A DNA stretch of 64,000 nucleotides, from the IMG/VR virus record IMGVR_UViG_3300032174_000075, positions 10,821 through 74,820 of that record; one strand, given 5' to 3'. The notes below the pieces were generated by a model. That model searched no databases and had not been told where the DNA came from. It worked only from the letters and a program-made list of their open reading frames with translations. Within the stretch, counting starts at the first letter, position 1; each line of letters begins with the position of its first letter. Position numbers and translations under genes: made by a program. Shown here in pieces: positions 20,059-29,396 of the stretch. Origin of the DNA: a virus.

Positions 20059-21495
20059 ATGAACATTTTCCGATGCGTGGTTGGCGCAACGTTGGTCGCG
20101 CTTGGTTTAGCGACTGGGGCTGGTGCGCAAACTCAGACCGCGCCAGTGCCGCAGTGCCAGTATCAGCCGAGCGGCGTCCAAGGTGGCACGCCGTCGTCGT
20201 GCGGCAATCTTCAAGGCTTTATCGGCAGCGACGGGAAGGTTCATCAAGTCTCGTCAACGGACCCCCTGCCAACGGCCGCCAGCAGCGGCGGAACGGTCAA
20301 CCAGGGCACGCCTAACGCTGGCGGGACTGCCTCATGGTGGACGCGCCTTGTCGACAATCTCGGGTCTGCGATTACCTCGACACTGAATGGCGGCAAGCAA
20401 TCTCTCGACGTGAACGTGAGCGGGTCGGCGCTGCCAGCGAACGCGGCGCAGGAAACCGGGGGAAATCTCGCCACTATCGCGACCAATACGACGGGGGGTG
20501 CGACTGCTGTAAGACAGGATACCGGCAATGCGTCGCTTTCTACGATTGCGACCAACACAACTGGTGCATCAACATCAGCGAAACAGGACACCGGAAATAC
20601 ATCACTGTCTTCAATCGACACGAAGTTGTCGTCACAGGCAACGGCCGCGAATCAAACTACTGGCAATACATCACTTTCAAGCATCGACACGAAACTCACC
20701 AGCCAGGCGACGGCGGCAAATCAGACGACGGCGAATGGTTCACTCTCGACGATTGCCACGAATACGACCGGGTCCTCTACCGCAGCGAACCAATCTGCGA
20801 TTCAGGCGCCCGTTGCCCCTGCCACAGCAACGGCGACGAAGTCTGTTCTCGGCGGGTGCCAATACAATTCGGCCGGCATTACGCCTACAGATGGGCAACA
20901 GTTCGCACTCCAATGCGGGCCGAAGGGCGGCCTCAGCGTTGGCGGTAGTGTCGCTTCTGCGGCGACGGACAACGGAAACCCCGTCAAGACGGGAGCGGTG
21001 TACAATTCATCGGTTCCTACGGTCACGACAGGACAGCGGGTCGATACGCAGGCCGACGCGCACGGCGACACGAAGATCGTCCCTGCGGATGCAAATGGCG
21101 TGCCTATCGACCCCACGCAGCCTGCGCCGATTTATGCCGCGCCTTGTGCGACGAATGCTTGCGGAATTTCCCGCGTTGCATCTACGGCGGTCGAATCCGG
21201 CCATGTCATCAAGGCCAGTGCCGGAAATCTCTATGACCTACAGGTCACGACGGGGGCGGGCGCTGGAAACGTCATGGTATTCAATTCGACGACGGTTCCG
21301 GGTGACGGAGCGGTTACGCCGGTCATCTGCGCGCCTGTTGCTGCGAACTCGATGATCGACATTGGCGCTGGCGGCGACCCGCCTGGGTACTTCACGACGG
21401 GGATATCCGTCGCATTTTCAACTGCGGCAGGTAGCGCCGCATGTCTAACCAAAACGGCCTCCTCGACTGCATTCTTCTCTTGGAAGTCACAGTGA
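20059..21495 (+). CDS. T/S/A-rich fibre-like protein with predicted signal peptide
   Basis: Hydrophobic N-terminus ending AGA-Q; internal LSSIDTKL / LxTIATNTTG repeats. Confidence 0.65.
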   Translation: MNIFRCVVGATLVALGLATGAGAQTQTAPVPQCQYQPSGVQGGTPSSCGNLQGFIGSDGKVHQVSSTDPLPTAASSGGTVNQGTPNAGGTASWWTRLVDNLGSAITSTLNGGKQSLDVNVSGSALPANAAQETGGNLATIATNTTGGATAVRQDTGNASLSTIATNTTGASTSAKQDTGNTSLSSIDTKLSSQATAANQTTGNTSLSSIDTKLTSQATAANQTTANGSLSTIATNTTGSSTAANQSAIQAPVAPATATATKSVLGGCQYNSAGITPTDGQQFALQCGPKGGLSVGGSVASAATDNGNPVKTGAVYNSSVPTVTTGQRVDTQADAHGDTKIVPADANGVPIDPTQPAPIYAAPCATNACGISRVASTAVESGHVIKASAGNLYDLQVTTGAGAGNVMVFNSTTVPGDGAVTPVICAPVAANSMIDIGAGGDPPGYFTTGISVAFSTAAGSAACLTKTASSTAFFSWKSQ

Positions 21496-21956
21496 TGCGC
21501 AAAACGCTCTTGCTTGTTGCCGTCGCATTCTGCGTTGGGCTTATATCGCATTCCAGCGCTGACACTGCCTCGGTCAGCGGTGTGCCGGCGAAGACGACGA
21601 ACATTGTCTCGGCCAAAAGCGTCAACCTTCAATCGACGGGCGATCAAGGCACGATCTCGATCCCACCGCAGATTACGAAGTACGCGGTCACGGCCGTACA
21701 GATCACGAATTGCTCCGCTACGCCTATTCTGGCCCAGCCCGCGATCTACACGGGAGCCAGCGCGTCCGGGACGAACATTGTGGCTGCGGCTGTCATTACG
21801 ACGGCGACGGCGACAACAAAAGTTGTCAATTCTACGGTCGTAGCAGGAACGCTGACCACGGCACTCACGGCCTCGACGCTCTACATCAACGTCACTGTCG
21901 CGAACTCCGGGGCGTTGACGTGTGATTTTTACGTTGTCCTGAATGACCTGAGCTAG
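21495..21956 (+). CDS. Small beta-sandwich protein with predicted signal peptide
   Basis: MRKTLLLVAVAFCVGLISHSSA-D. Confidence 0.6.
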   Translation: MRKTLLLVAVAFCVGLISHSSADTASVSGVPAKTTNIVSAKSVNLQSTGDQGTISIPPQITKYAVTAVQITNCSATPILAQPAIYTGASASGTNIVAAAVITTATATTKVVNSTVVAGTLTTALTASTLYINVTVANSGALTCDFYVVLNDLS

Positions 21957-21964
21957 GGGGCTGC

Positions 21965-22810
21965 ATGAACCGCCGCGATCTACTCAAGGCCATGGCGACG
22001 GCTCCGATCATCGGGGCGCCGAATATCGCTCGCGCGGGCTACATATACGGCCGCAAACCTTGGGTGCCGACAGACCTTGGCACACAACTCGTCGCATGGT
22101 GGCGCGCGCAAGACTACACGCTTATGGTCGATGATGGCTCGGGGCTGATATCGAGTTGGAAGGACTATATCGGCGGTCTCACCGTTACGGCGACGACCAC
22201 GGCACGTCCCACCTGGAGCGCGACAAGCTTCAACAGCAGCTACCCCGGACTAACCTTCGATGGATCAGCAAACTGTTTCGTTGCAACCTCATTCGGCGCT
22301 TTGCCGACCGGCTCGACGGCCGGAGAGATTTGGTGCGTGGCGACGCAGACCGTCGCGCAGATAGGCTATGTCTGTTCCTATGGCGGCACCGCTGGCGGGA
22401 CTCTTCGCCGAGCCGGCGTCAACGCGACATTCCATCCGAACGGTGGCGATGGCACGACAGCTCTTGCCGATAGCGGAACCAATCTGGTTTCATCTCCGGC
22501 GATTTGGGGGATTCAGTTCAGCGGGACGACGGCAAATGGTTGGATCAACGGAACAGCCTTCAATTCAAACCCGACGACCATTGGTTCGCTCAATACGCTC
22601 ACGACACGCCTTCGCATCGGCTCAAACAACGGCTCGTCAGCCGCAAGTTTCTTCGGCGGCGTGGGCAGCGATATTCTGGTAGTGAGCCCCACTTTATCGA
22701 CAGCGAATCGGCAAAATCTTGAAGGCTATTTCGCTTGGGCGCGGGGCATGCAGACGGCTTCGAACTCATTCCTTCCTGCCTCGCAGCCCTACAGATATGC
22801 TCCGCCCTAA
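21965..22810 (+). CDS. LamG/ConA-like lectin-fold protein with twin-arginine leader
   Basis: MNRRDLLK leader; LVAWWRA, ISSWKD, GLTFDG, LEGYFAW motifs. Confidence 0.65.
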   Translation: MNRRDLLKAMATAPIIGAPNIARAGYIYGRKPWVPTDLGTQLVAWWRAQDYTLMVDDGSGLISSWKDYIGGLTVTATTTARPTWSATSFNSSYPGLTFDGSANCFVATSFGALPTGSTAGEIWCVATQTVAQIGYVCSYGGTAGGTLRRAGVNATFHPNGGDGTTALADSGTNLVSSPAIWGIQFSGTTANGWINGTAFNSNPTTIGSLNTLTTRLRIGSNNGSSAASFFGGVGSDILVVSPTLSTANRQNLEGYFAWARGMQTASNSFLPASQPYRYAPP

Positions 22811-22825
22811 GCCAGAGATATTGAA

Positions 22826-25336
22826 ATGACCGTTGGCACTCAATCCGTGACGATCATCGGCAATGCCACAGGGCCTCGCGGTCCTGCCGGGCCTCAAGCG
22901 CCTGCGCCGACCGTTGCGGACGTGGAAACCTTTCGTAAGTCGAGCTTTGGCGATACCAGCGCGATCTTCGTCTCTGGGTATTACGGCTTCGGCACGCCCG
23001 GGGGTGGGTTGTTCTTGTATGATCTAGCCGCCGGTGCCGACAATGGCGGAACGGTCTTGCATGATTCCGGAGGACGCCCCTTCGTCCGGCAGAACTACAC
23101 AGGCTCCATCTATGAGTGGGGCGCGAAATGTGACGGCGTGATGTCCACTGCGCCAGGGGCGATAACCATAGGGTCCAGTACATTTACGTCTCCAATTGCG
23201 TTGACGCAGGCCGATATCGGAAAGCCGATTGCCATTGTCGGCGCTGGGGCTAGCGATGGAACGCTCGCCACTACGATTTTGAACGTCGATGTTACTGGGT
23301 TAATTCTGACCCTTTCCACTCCCGCAGTTTCGACCGTTCCGACATATCTAGCGCGCGCCGCAGGGGCAATCGTCACGCCTGGCTCGGCTTATGTGGTCGG
23401 CGATCAAAGCGTTATGTCGGACGGCACGACTATCTTTGTTGCTTCCGTTGGTTCGTCCGGAGAGATCACAAAATTCCTTGTCATGGCGCAGGGTGCCAAT
23501 ATTGCGACGTTACCCGGCACGCTCACGCAAAGCAGCACGACAGGCGCTGGGCATGATTTTACATGCACGCTTTCATACACTGCCAGCGGGCAGTTTGCCT
23601 ATGCAACAAACGACGGCGCAATTCTGAATACCGCGCTGGCTTGGACCGCAGCAAATCCAAATGCGCCCGATGTAAGTATTCCACGAAAAGTTCTCGCGAC
23701 CACGACGCCGATCTTGATGCCGTCCGGAGAAGTTCATCTTCGTGGTGGAGGAGGATTGAGTCTAAACAGCAACGCGGGGGCGGGCATTCTTGCTTTGGCG
23801 CCTATGAGCACGGGCGTCGTCTATCGCTCTTCGACGGCCGGAACAGGCGGGGGTGGCGTTCACAGCCTTTGGGTCGATGCTTACCAGCTCGCCCCATCCG
23901 CGACTGAACATGCCGGCGGACGAGATTTCATCTGGGAAAGCGTTTCTTCGCGAAATGGCCTAGTCCAGAACCACTATGCCCACGGCTCGACCACGGATGC
24001 TTGCGCGGGCGTGCTGTATACGCGGCCAGATGCGCGCGTTATCACGCAAACCTTCGCCAGAATCGACAAGGCCGCCCTCTACGGGTTCAATTTCCAATCG
24101 AACGGAGGACCCGGAACTATCAATTCCCCGGCCTCATCGAACAGTCTGACCTCGGCTATCGAAGATGCGACCTCGGGACTTCATATCTCCAGCGGCAATA
24201 TCTTCGGGGCATGGCCTTACGCGCCGCAATACGGGATCAATGTCACTGGGCAGGCAACCCTAATTGGAAATCAAACCGGAGGCCCGAGGATCGCGGGAGT
24301 GCGCGTCGCCGCCGGAAGGGTTCTGTGCCAAAATACTTACGTCCAGTTTGGCGCAACCACATATGCTGGCCCTGGAACTTATGGCGTCCTGATCGAGGCT
24401 ACTGGGTCCCCTTATTTTACCAACGATTGCGTGGTCATGGGGACGACGACCGATAGCGATATCGGCGCTGGCAATGTTATCCACCAAAACGGTTCGCCAG
24501 GAACTGGGACCGTCGTCCAGAATAATGCCAACGCGACATATTCTTGGCCCCCGGCCTCGAATGCCTCTACCGCTTCGATATGGGCTCAGCCGACGACAAA
24601 TGGCCTAGCCTCGGAAGCGGCAACCCTTTTGTCGCCAGCAATGGGATTCACGCAGTTCAATCTCTATGACACGTTGTTCCGCGCGATAGGGCCAAGCATC
24701 CTTGCGAAGCTTGATTTGCTGTATGTCTTTGTCGCCTTGGACGAGATAACGGCGCTCATCAATATCGCGAACCCAAGTGGTCCGGTATGCCTGAAGGTCG
24801 GGGCGCCAATCTTCACGGCCCTTGGCGGGTATACTGGCAACGGTTCTGGTTATCTCGACAATCAGATCATCACGAGCACGCTCACCAAGTTCGTGTTGAA
24901 CGATGCTTCAATGTTCGTTTGGACGGGGGATGATCAGGCCGCGAACAATTCGTATGCTGTAGGGCAAGCCAGTTCTCCGCGCTCGCGCATCAATCCAAGA
25001 ACGGCCTCTTTGAAACTTCTTACGCGCTCGCAAAGCGCGACGGACGACTCTACGGTCGGCAACGTAGCAAACAGCATCGGTATGACTGGTTGGACGAGAA
25101 ACGCAGCGCCGAGCTACACGCAATACAAGGACGCTGTTGTAGTCGGAACGCCGGCCACAGCTTCTACAGCGCGCGGAAACGCCGACATGACATTTCTTTC
25201 CGATTCGCTGGCTACTTTCTCGACGCGAAACATTCAAGCATTTGCGTGCGGCGGTTATCTGACGCCCACGGAGGTGACGGGGCTATTCACTCCGATGCGC
25301 GCCTACCTCGTGTCGCAAGGCCAGCCGGTGACCTAA
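22826..25336 (+). CDS. Tailspike/receptor-binding protein (beta-helix-like)
   Basis: GYY...GGGLF, DNGGTV and WGAKCDG tailspike head motifs. Confidence 0.75.
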   Translation: MTVGTQSVTIIGNATGPRGPAGPQAPAPTVADVETFRKSSFGDTSAIFVSGYYGFGTPGGGLFLYDLAAGADNGGTVLHDSGGRPFVRQNYTGSIYEWGAKCDGVMSTAPGAITIGSSTFTSPIALTQADIGKPIAIVGAGASDGTLATTILNVDVTGLILTLSTPAVSTVPTYLARAAGAIVTPGSAYVVGDQSVMSDGTTIFVASVGSSGEITKFLVMAQGANIATLPGTLTQSSTTGAGHDFTCTLSYTASGQFAYATNDGAILNTALAWTAANPNAPDVSIPRKVLATTTPILMPSGEVHLRGGGGLSLNSNAGAGILALAPMSTGVVYRSSTAGTGGGGVHSLWVDAYQLAPSATEHAGGRDFIWESVSSRNGLVQNHYAHGSTTDACAGVLYTRPDARVITQTFARIDKAALYGFNFQSNGGPGTINSPASSNSLTSAIEDATSGLHISSGNIFGAWPYAPQYGINVTGQATLIGNQTGGPRIAGVRVAAGRVLCQNTYVQFGATTYAGPGTYGVLIEATGSPYFTNDCVVMGTTTDSDIGAGNVIHQNGSPGTGTVVQNNANATYSWPPASNASTASIWAQPTTNGLASEAATLLSPAMGFTQFNLYDTLFRAIGPSILAKLDLLYVFVALDEITALINIANPSGPVCLKVGAPIFTALGGYTGNGSGYLDNQIITSTLTKFVLNDASMFVWTGDDQAANNSYAVGQASSPRSRINPRTASLKLLTRSQSATDDSTVGNVANSIGMTGWTRNAAPSYTQYKDAVVVGTPATASTARGNADMTFLSDSLATFSTRNIQAFACGGYLTPTEVTGLFTPMRAYLVSQGQPVT

Positions 25337-25698
25337 TGGCGCAGAACAACGCCGACTACAACGGAGTCCTGAGTTGTGTTCAGGACGACCGAGTCACGCC
25401 GATCTACCTGACGGCAGACGGAACGTCAGGCGGGACGCCGCTGCATCTTGAACTGTGGCTGCGCCAATCTCCGGGCGGCCCAGTCGTGGCGGAGTTTTCC
25501 ACGGTAGACAATACCCTTGTTATTCTTGAGCCTCCGAACGACAATCAAATATCCTGGCACATTCCGTTCACGACGATGCAGACACTCGCGGCAAATCTCT
25601 ATTACGGCGACGTGCTCGCGTTGGTGTCGGATACGTCTAGGCTTGGATACGGCTCGCTCTTGTTTCCAGTAGAGCAAGGATCGACGGAAATGGAGTAG
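25336..25698 (+). CDS. Tail-associated small protein
   Basis: TAATG coupling to the tailspike gene. Confidence 0.55.
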   Translation: MAQNNADYNGVLSCVQDDRVTPIYLTADGTSGGTPLHLELWLRQSPGGPVVAEFSTVDNTLVILEPPNDNQISWHIPFTTMQTLAANLYYGDVLALVSDTSRLGYGSLLFPVEQGSTEME

Positions 25699-25724
25699 AA
25701 GACAGCCTGTCTCTGAGGTGCCGC

Positions 25725-25757
25725 GCCCGGTCACGCTTGAATGCTGGCCGGGCTTTG
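25725..25757 (+). terminator. Hairpin between late operon and convergent cassette
   Basis: GCCCGGTCA/TGGCCGGGC stem followed by TTTG. Confidence 0.5.
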
Positions 25758-25772
25758 CATATCCGGGCGATT

Positions 25773-26609
25773 TCAAAAATGCATCCTGTCGCTATCTATG
25801 GTGTCGATCATCCGCAAGCCGTCGGTGCCGGGTATTTCTTGGTCCAGCGAGATCGGCGCGAATAAAAATGGATGCATTCTCCGCACACGAGCCAGCGCCT
25901 TCGGAACAGCCGTCTTCATTTCACCGGGACGGAGTGAGCCCTCTAAGATCGCAAGGATGATGTCTTGGCAGACATCCGCTCGAATGAAGTGAGGGACCTG
26001 CGCCGGAACCATCCGATTGACCATTGCTAGAAGGCCAGTCGGGTCGTCGCGTTCGCTGTCCAAATATGGATAGCATTTTTCCCGCGTTGGCGTATGGCGA
26101 AGGTCGTTTTCGCGATTGACGAGCTTTCGCCTGTTCCTGATTACCGAGCACAACGACTTGCTTATCCCAAGGCGTTCGCATATCTCAGTTGGCCTGATGC
26201 CTTGATGGCTGAGCGCTATCACGGCCTTTGTTGTTTCGTTAAATTCCCGCGCGCTATATCGACGAATCTTTATGCCAGTGTCGGCCAAAATTCGCTTCAC
26301 TTTATCTATTGAAACCAAAAACTTCTCTCCGACCTTTTCAAGCGTCGCGCCAGACAGATATTCGGCGACAATTTCCGCCGTCGGAAACGTCGCCCTTTCT
26401 TGCTGATAGCGCTTCTTGATTAGATCGAAGCCATGGCGTTCTGTAACGCCGTTGCGAATGGCGACTTGGCGAATTGTCTCCCGCGAAAGCCCATATACAC
26501 TCGCTATTGACTGCAACGAATGCTCTCCGCTTTGTAACATCGCAATGATTTCGCAGTTCCTCGCGGTCCTGTCGGCACATGGGGGAGGCTTTTTGCGAGC
26601 GCCTGTCAC
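25773..26609 (-). CDS. Triple-HTH protein with C-terminal sigma-like domain
   Basis: Three HTH-like segments (SLQSIASVYGLSRETIRQ etc.), DVCQDIILAILEG and PISLDQEI. Confidence 0.7.
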   Translation of the reverse strand: MTGARKKPPPCADRTARNCEIIAMLQSGEHSLQSIASVYGLSRETIRQVAIRNGVTERHGFDLIKKRYQQERATFPTAEIVAEYLSGATLEKVGEKFLVSIDKVKRILADTGIKIRRYSAREFNETTKAVIALSHQGIRPTEICERLGISKSLCSVIRNRRKLVNRENDLRHTPTREKCYPYLDSERDDPTGLLAMVNRMVPAQVPHFIRADVCQDIILAILEGSLRPGEMKTAVPKALARVRRMHPFLFAPISLDQEIPGTDGLRMIDTIDSDRMHF

Positions 26610-26797
26610 TGCCTCTTCAACTCCTGTATCCTCTCCAGCGCCTCCATGAGGGCGATGATCTGGGGGGATGGTGAGCGTAATCCGGTTTCCATTTCTCGCA
26701 CTCGCTTGTTCGGGCTTTCGAGGCGGAGCTTTTCGCCGAACTGAGTCACGGATAGCCCGAGGCGGAGACGGAGCGCGCGGATTTCAAAAGGGGTCAT
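26606..26797 (-). CDS. XRE/HigA-like HTH protein
   Basis: MTPFEIRALR..LGLSV.QF....V..ME.G.R.P; ATGA-coupled on both sides. Confidence 0.75.
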   Translation of the reverse strand: MTPFEIRALRLRLGLSVTQFGEKLRLESPNKRVREMETGLRSPSPQIIALMEALERIQELKRQ

Positions 26798-28524
26798 TTG
26801 AATGCTGCCTCCGCTAAGGCCATGACCTTCTCCCGATAGGTTTTGGGCCGGCCTTCGTCAGTAGGCGGCAGAACAGTCATAAGCGTTGCTTTCTCTGCGT
26901 CAAAAACAATTCGCACATTTTTACCCCGCACTCGTATCCATCCCTCGAAAGCGTAGCCGTGATCATCGCCTTTGTGCGCCGACTTCACACCAGACACTCT
27001 TCCTTCTGAGACCGCCGCGCGCATCTCCCGGTTTACAGCCGTTGTCCATTTGATCCCATAGCGCTCTTCTAATCTGGCATGATTGTGCAACGTGCCATCG
27101 TCTAAATGCCGCAACTGTTTGGGGTCGAGATTCTGGAGAATTTCCTCGGCGTCAAAATAATCTACGTATTGATCATCTTTCATATGTAGACGGCGCTGTT
27201 CGTCGCGCACCTGATGATGGTAGACATCATCGACCTGTGATGGCGGATAGAAGCGGTGGTCAATCGCATCCCAAGCGCGCCGTTTCTCGTTCATCTGCTC
27301 GACGCGCCACTCATCTTGAGAAATCGACGCTTCAAGGCGGTCATATTCATCGCCGTCATTCTCGGCAGTTAATGACAGCGCGTGACCCGCTTGTTCAAAA
27401 TTTTCCCTATAGAACTTCGTCACAAACCAACGGACGTTTGTCTGCTTGGCCTTAAGTTCGGCTATCGTGACGCGTCCTTCTAGCATCGCCAGCATAATCT
27501 CTTGTACGATATCGGAGCGCATATGAGGCGGGATAGATTTTGGTATAAGAGAGTTCGCTTCCAAGAGATCGGCGTGCTCGTCACGAACCTTCGCGATATA
27601 TGGAAACTGTAGCAGTTCGGCGCCAGCATGATTGTGAAGGCGAAGGACCTTCTTGGGCTGCGGCAATATTTGCCGCCAAGTATATGACGGCTGAAAGCCC
27701 TTATCGAGAGCGTACCTCACGATTGATTGCGGAGAACGCCCAAGCGCATTTGCCGCTAATTCGACGTTCGCATTGTTCTCACAGAACCTTTCAAGCGCAG
27801 TCTTTTCGGATTGAGTCCACCAAGTTCGCGTACTCATCCAAGCGCCGCCGACGTAGCGGTTTTGCCCTATTTCGTAATTGTGCGCTCTGGCGTCTCGCTC
27901 TGCGAACATGAAAGAGCGAAGCTTTTTACGGGCTGTGCAAGAACTTTTCTTCCCATAGCCGACATGCGCCTCTAAAACTTTCCCCCACGATGATCCGTTA
28001 TTTACATCGTTGATCGCAACGATGGTCATAAGAACCTGCTTCCACGTCAGTTTTGTGGCGCGAAACGGCGTGCCTGATGTAAGTGAGTAACTGTACCCGC
28101 ATCTCTGGCACTTAAAGAGGTGCCTCCCCGTATCTCTCGTAATATGATAGCTCACCCCATGGGCGCACTCTGGGCATATCGGCTCTCCGTCGGTTTCTGG
28201 CCAACGAAGCTGTTTGAAAAGTTCGCGAGCCGCCCATTCCGAAAGAGGTTCAATCGCCTCTGGAGTGAGGGCCTTTGCGGCAGGGCTAGTCATGAAAGCG
28301 CTGCCGGAAGTGTAGCAAGAGCGGCATACTCCAATGCTGCCGGGAAACTTATTGGCCCCACATTTTTTGCACGTTGAATATGCTTCTTCTCGGTCCTCCT
28401 TAAGGAGATTTGCTGCGTCGCTTTCATTTGCCGCCAATATGGCGTTGTTCGATATAAACGCGCCGCCGTGTTCCTTGTAGAGCGGCTTACGGCCTTTGTT
28501 GTGTCGCGACCTACGCGTGCCCAT
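26794..28524 (-). CDS. Multidomain protein: IS1595-type Zn-ribbon/HTH, Myb-like HTH, sigma-2-like and RelE/RegB-like domains
   Basis: RWP...PICPEC..FKCQRC...SLTSGTPF..TKL; no DDE; DIVQEIMLAMLEG; HARLEERYG...IVFD....LMTVLP. Confidence 0.7.
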   Translation of the reverse strand: MGTRRSRHNKGRKPLYKEHGGAFISNNAILAANESDAANLLKEDREEAYSTCKKCGANKFPGSIGVCRSCYTSGSAFMTSPAAKALTPEAIEPLSEWAARELFKQLRWPETDGEPICPECAHGVSYHITRDTGRHLFKCQRCGYSYSLTSGTPFRATKLTWKQVLMTIVAINDVNNGSSWGKVLEAHVGYGKKSSCTARKKLRSFMFAERDARAHNYEIGQNRYVGGAWMSTRTWWTQSEKTALERFCENNANVELAANALGRSPQSIVRYALDKGFQPSYTWRQILPQPKKVLRLHNHAGAELLQFPYIAKVRDEHADLLEANSLIPKSIPPHMRSDIVQEIMLAMLEGRVTIAELKAKQTNVRWFVTKFYRENFEQAGHALSLTAENDGDEYDRLEASISQDEWRVEQMNEKRRAWDAIDHRFYPPSQVDDVYHHQVRDEQRRLHMKDDQYVDYFDAEEILQNLDPKQLRHLDDGTLHNHARLEERYGIKWTTAVNREMRAAVSEGRVSGVKSAHKGDDHGYAFEGWIRVRGKNVRIVFDAEKATLMTVLPPTDEGRPKTYREKVMALAEAAFK

Positions 28525-28690
28525 GGCGCCCTTCCTCCATGAGCGTCACGTTGTATTTCTCGGTCAGGTCTGAAATCCAGTCGCGCAGAAGATCGGCGCG
28601 CAGCACCCAATCGAGCGATTCCCAGTCGGCCGGAAACTGGACGGAACCTTCGCCATCCGCGAAACTTGCGAGCAATTTGGGCTTTGTCAT
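28511..28690 (-). CDS. 59-aa hypothetical protein (not in ORF track)
   Basis: GAGGAG RBS; MTKPKLLASF...LRADLLRDWISDL; overlaps next start. Confidence 0.6.
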   Translation of the reverse strand: MTKPKLLASFADGEGSVQFPADWESLDWVLRADLLRDWISDLTEKYNVTLMEEGRHGHA

Positions 28691-28749
28691 CTTCGACTCC
28701 TCGCCCTCGTTAGGGCTGTAGCGGCGCGGGTGGTGCGCCTATCGACGGC

Positions 28750-28800
28750 TAGGATTGAGCCACAGCCCCGTTGACAGGTCAAGGCTGAAAGCGCACATTT
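28750..28800. promoter_or_regulatory. Overlapping divergent sigma70-type promoters
   Basis: Near-palindrome TTGACAGGTCAA at 28771-28782; + strand TTGACA-N17-CACATT. Confidence 0.5.
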
Positions 28801-28805
28801 CCGCT

Positions 28806-29010
28806 CGGGAACGCCGCCGCTACAGCTAGGCGTGGCTTGGCCGGGAGAGACGGCTGTGTCGCTGCATCGGCGAGCCTTTGCCTTAACGGCAATCCTTCAC
28901 GGAGGGTTGAAGCCTATCGTAACAGACGGCTTGCGCAAAGGCTCACCGCTGCAACGATAATCGGAGACGGGCATGCGCGAGAAAACTTGCATCGGCGACG
29001 GCGGCTCTTC
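28806..29010 (+). ncRNA. Putative structured RNA/leader upstream of holin-like gene
   Basis: 25-bp stem 28857-28881/28935-28959, closing stem 28813-28819/28999-29005, several hairpins. Confidence 0.55.
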
Positions 29011-29059
29011 GTTCGTCGGCGCTGGCAACTCCGCCTAACCACCAAGGAGAACATCCCTC

Positions 29060-29386
29060 ATGGCCGCGCCCTCCGCTCCGGTTATCGTCGCCACGAAGTC
29101 AGCGTGGCTTTCAAAGACGAATTGGGTTGCTGGCCTGACAGGTCTTGGAGCGATCGTCACGCAGTTCACGCCACTATTGCCGCCAGAGTGGCAAGGGAAG
29201 GCGACGGCCTTTGTCGCGCTGCTTGGTGCGGTCGGGGTGTGGATCACAAGGACGTTTTTCACTACCAGTCTCACGCCATCATCTACGGCTGACCTTCCTT
29301 CCGCTGCCAATGCCATCCGAGCCTCTGGCGCATCCGAGGCGCAGGTTGTGGACGCCTTGAACGCCGCTCAGATTACCGCGAAATAG
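29060..29386 (+). CDS. Holin-like membrane protein
   Basis: AAGGAG RBS; WLSKTNW motif and two hydrophobic helices. Confidence 0.6.
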   Translation: MAAPSAPVIVATKSAWLSKTNWVAGLTGLGAIVTQFTPLLPPEWQGKATAFVALLGAVGVWITRTFFTTSLTPSSTADLPSAANAIRASGASEAQVVDALNAAQITAK

Positions 29387-29396
29387 GAGTGCTATC

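Noticed and set aside
17487-25336. Diversity-generating retroelement or invertible fibre cassette
   Set aside because: No reverse transcriptase or invertase seen; repeat differences are not adenine-specific
26794-28524. Third active IS1595 transposase
   Set aside because: No DDE catalytic domain; no TIRs or TSD found
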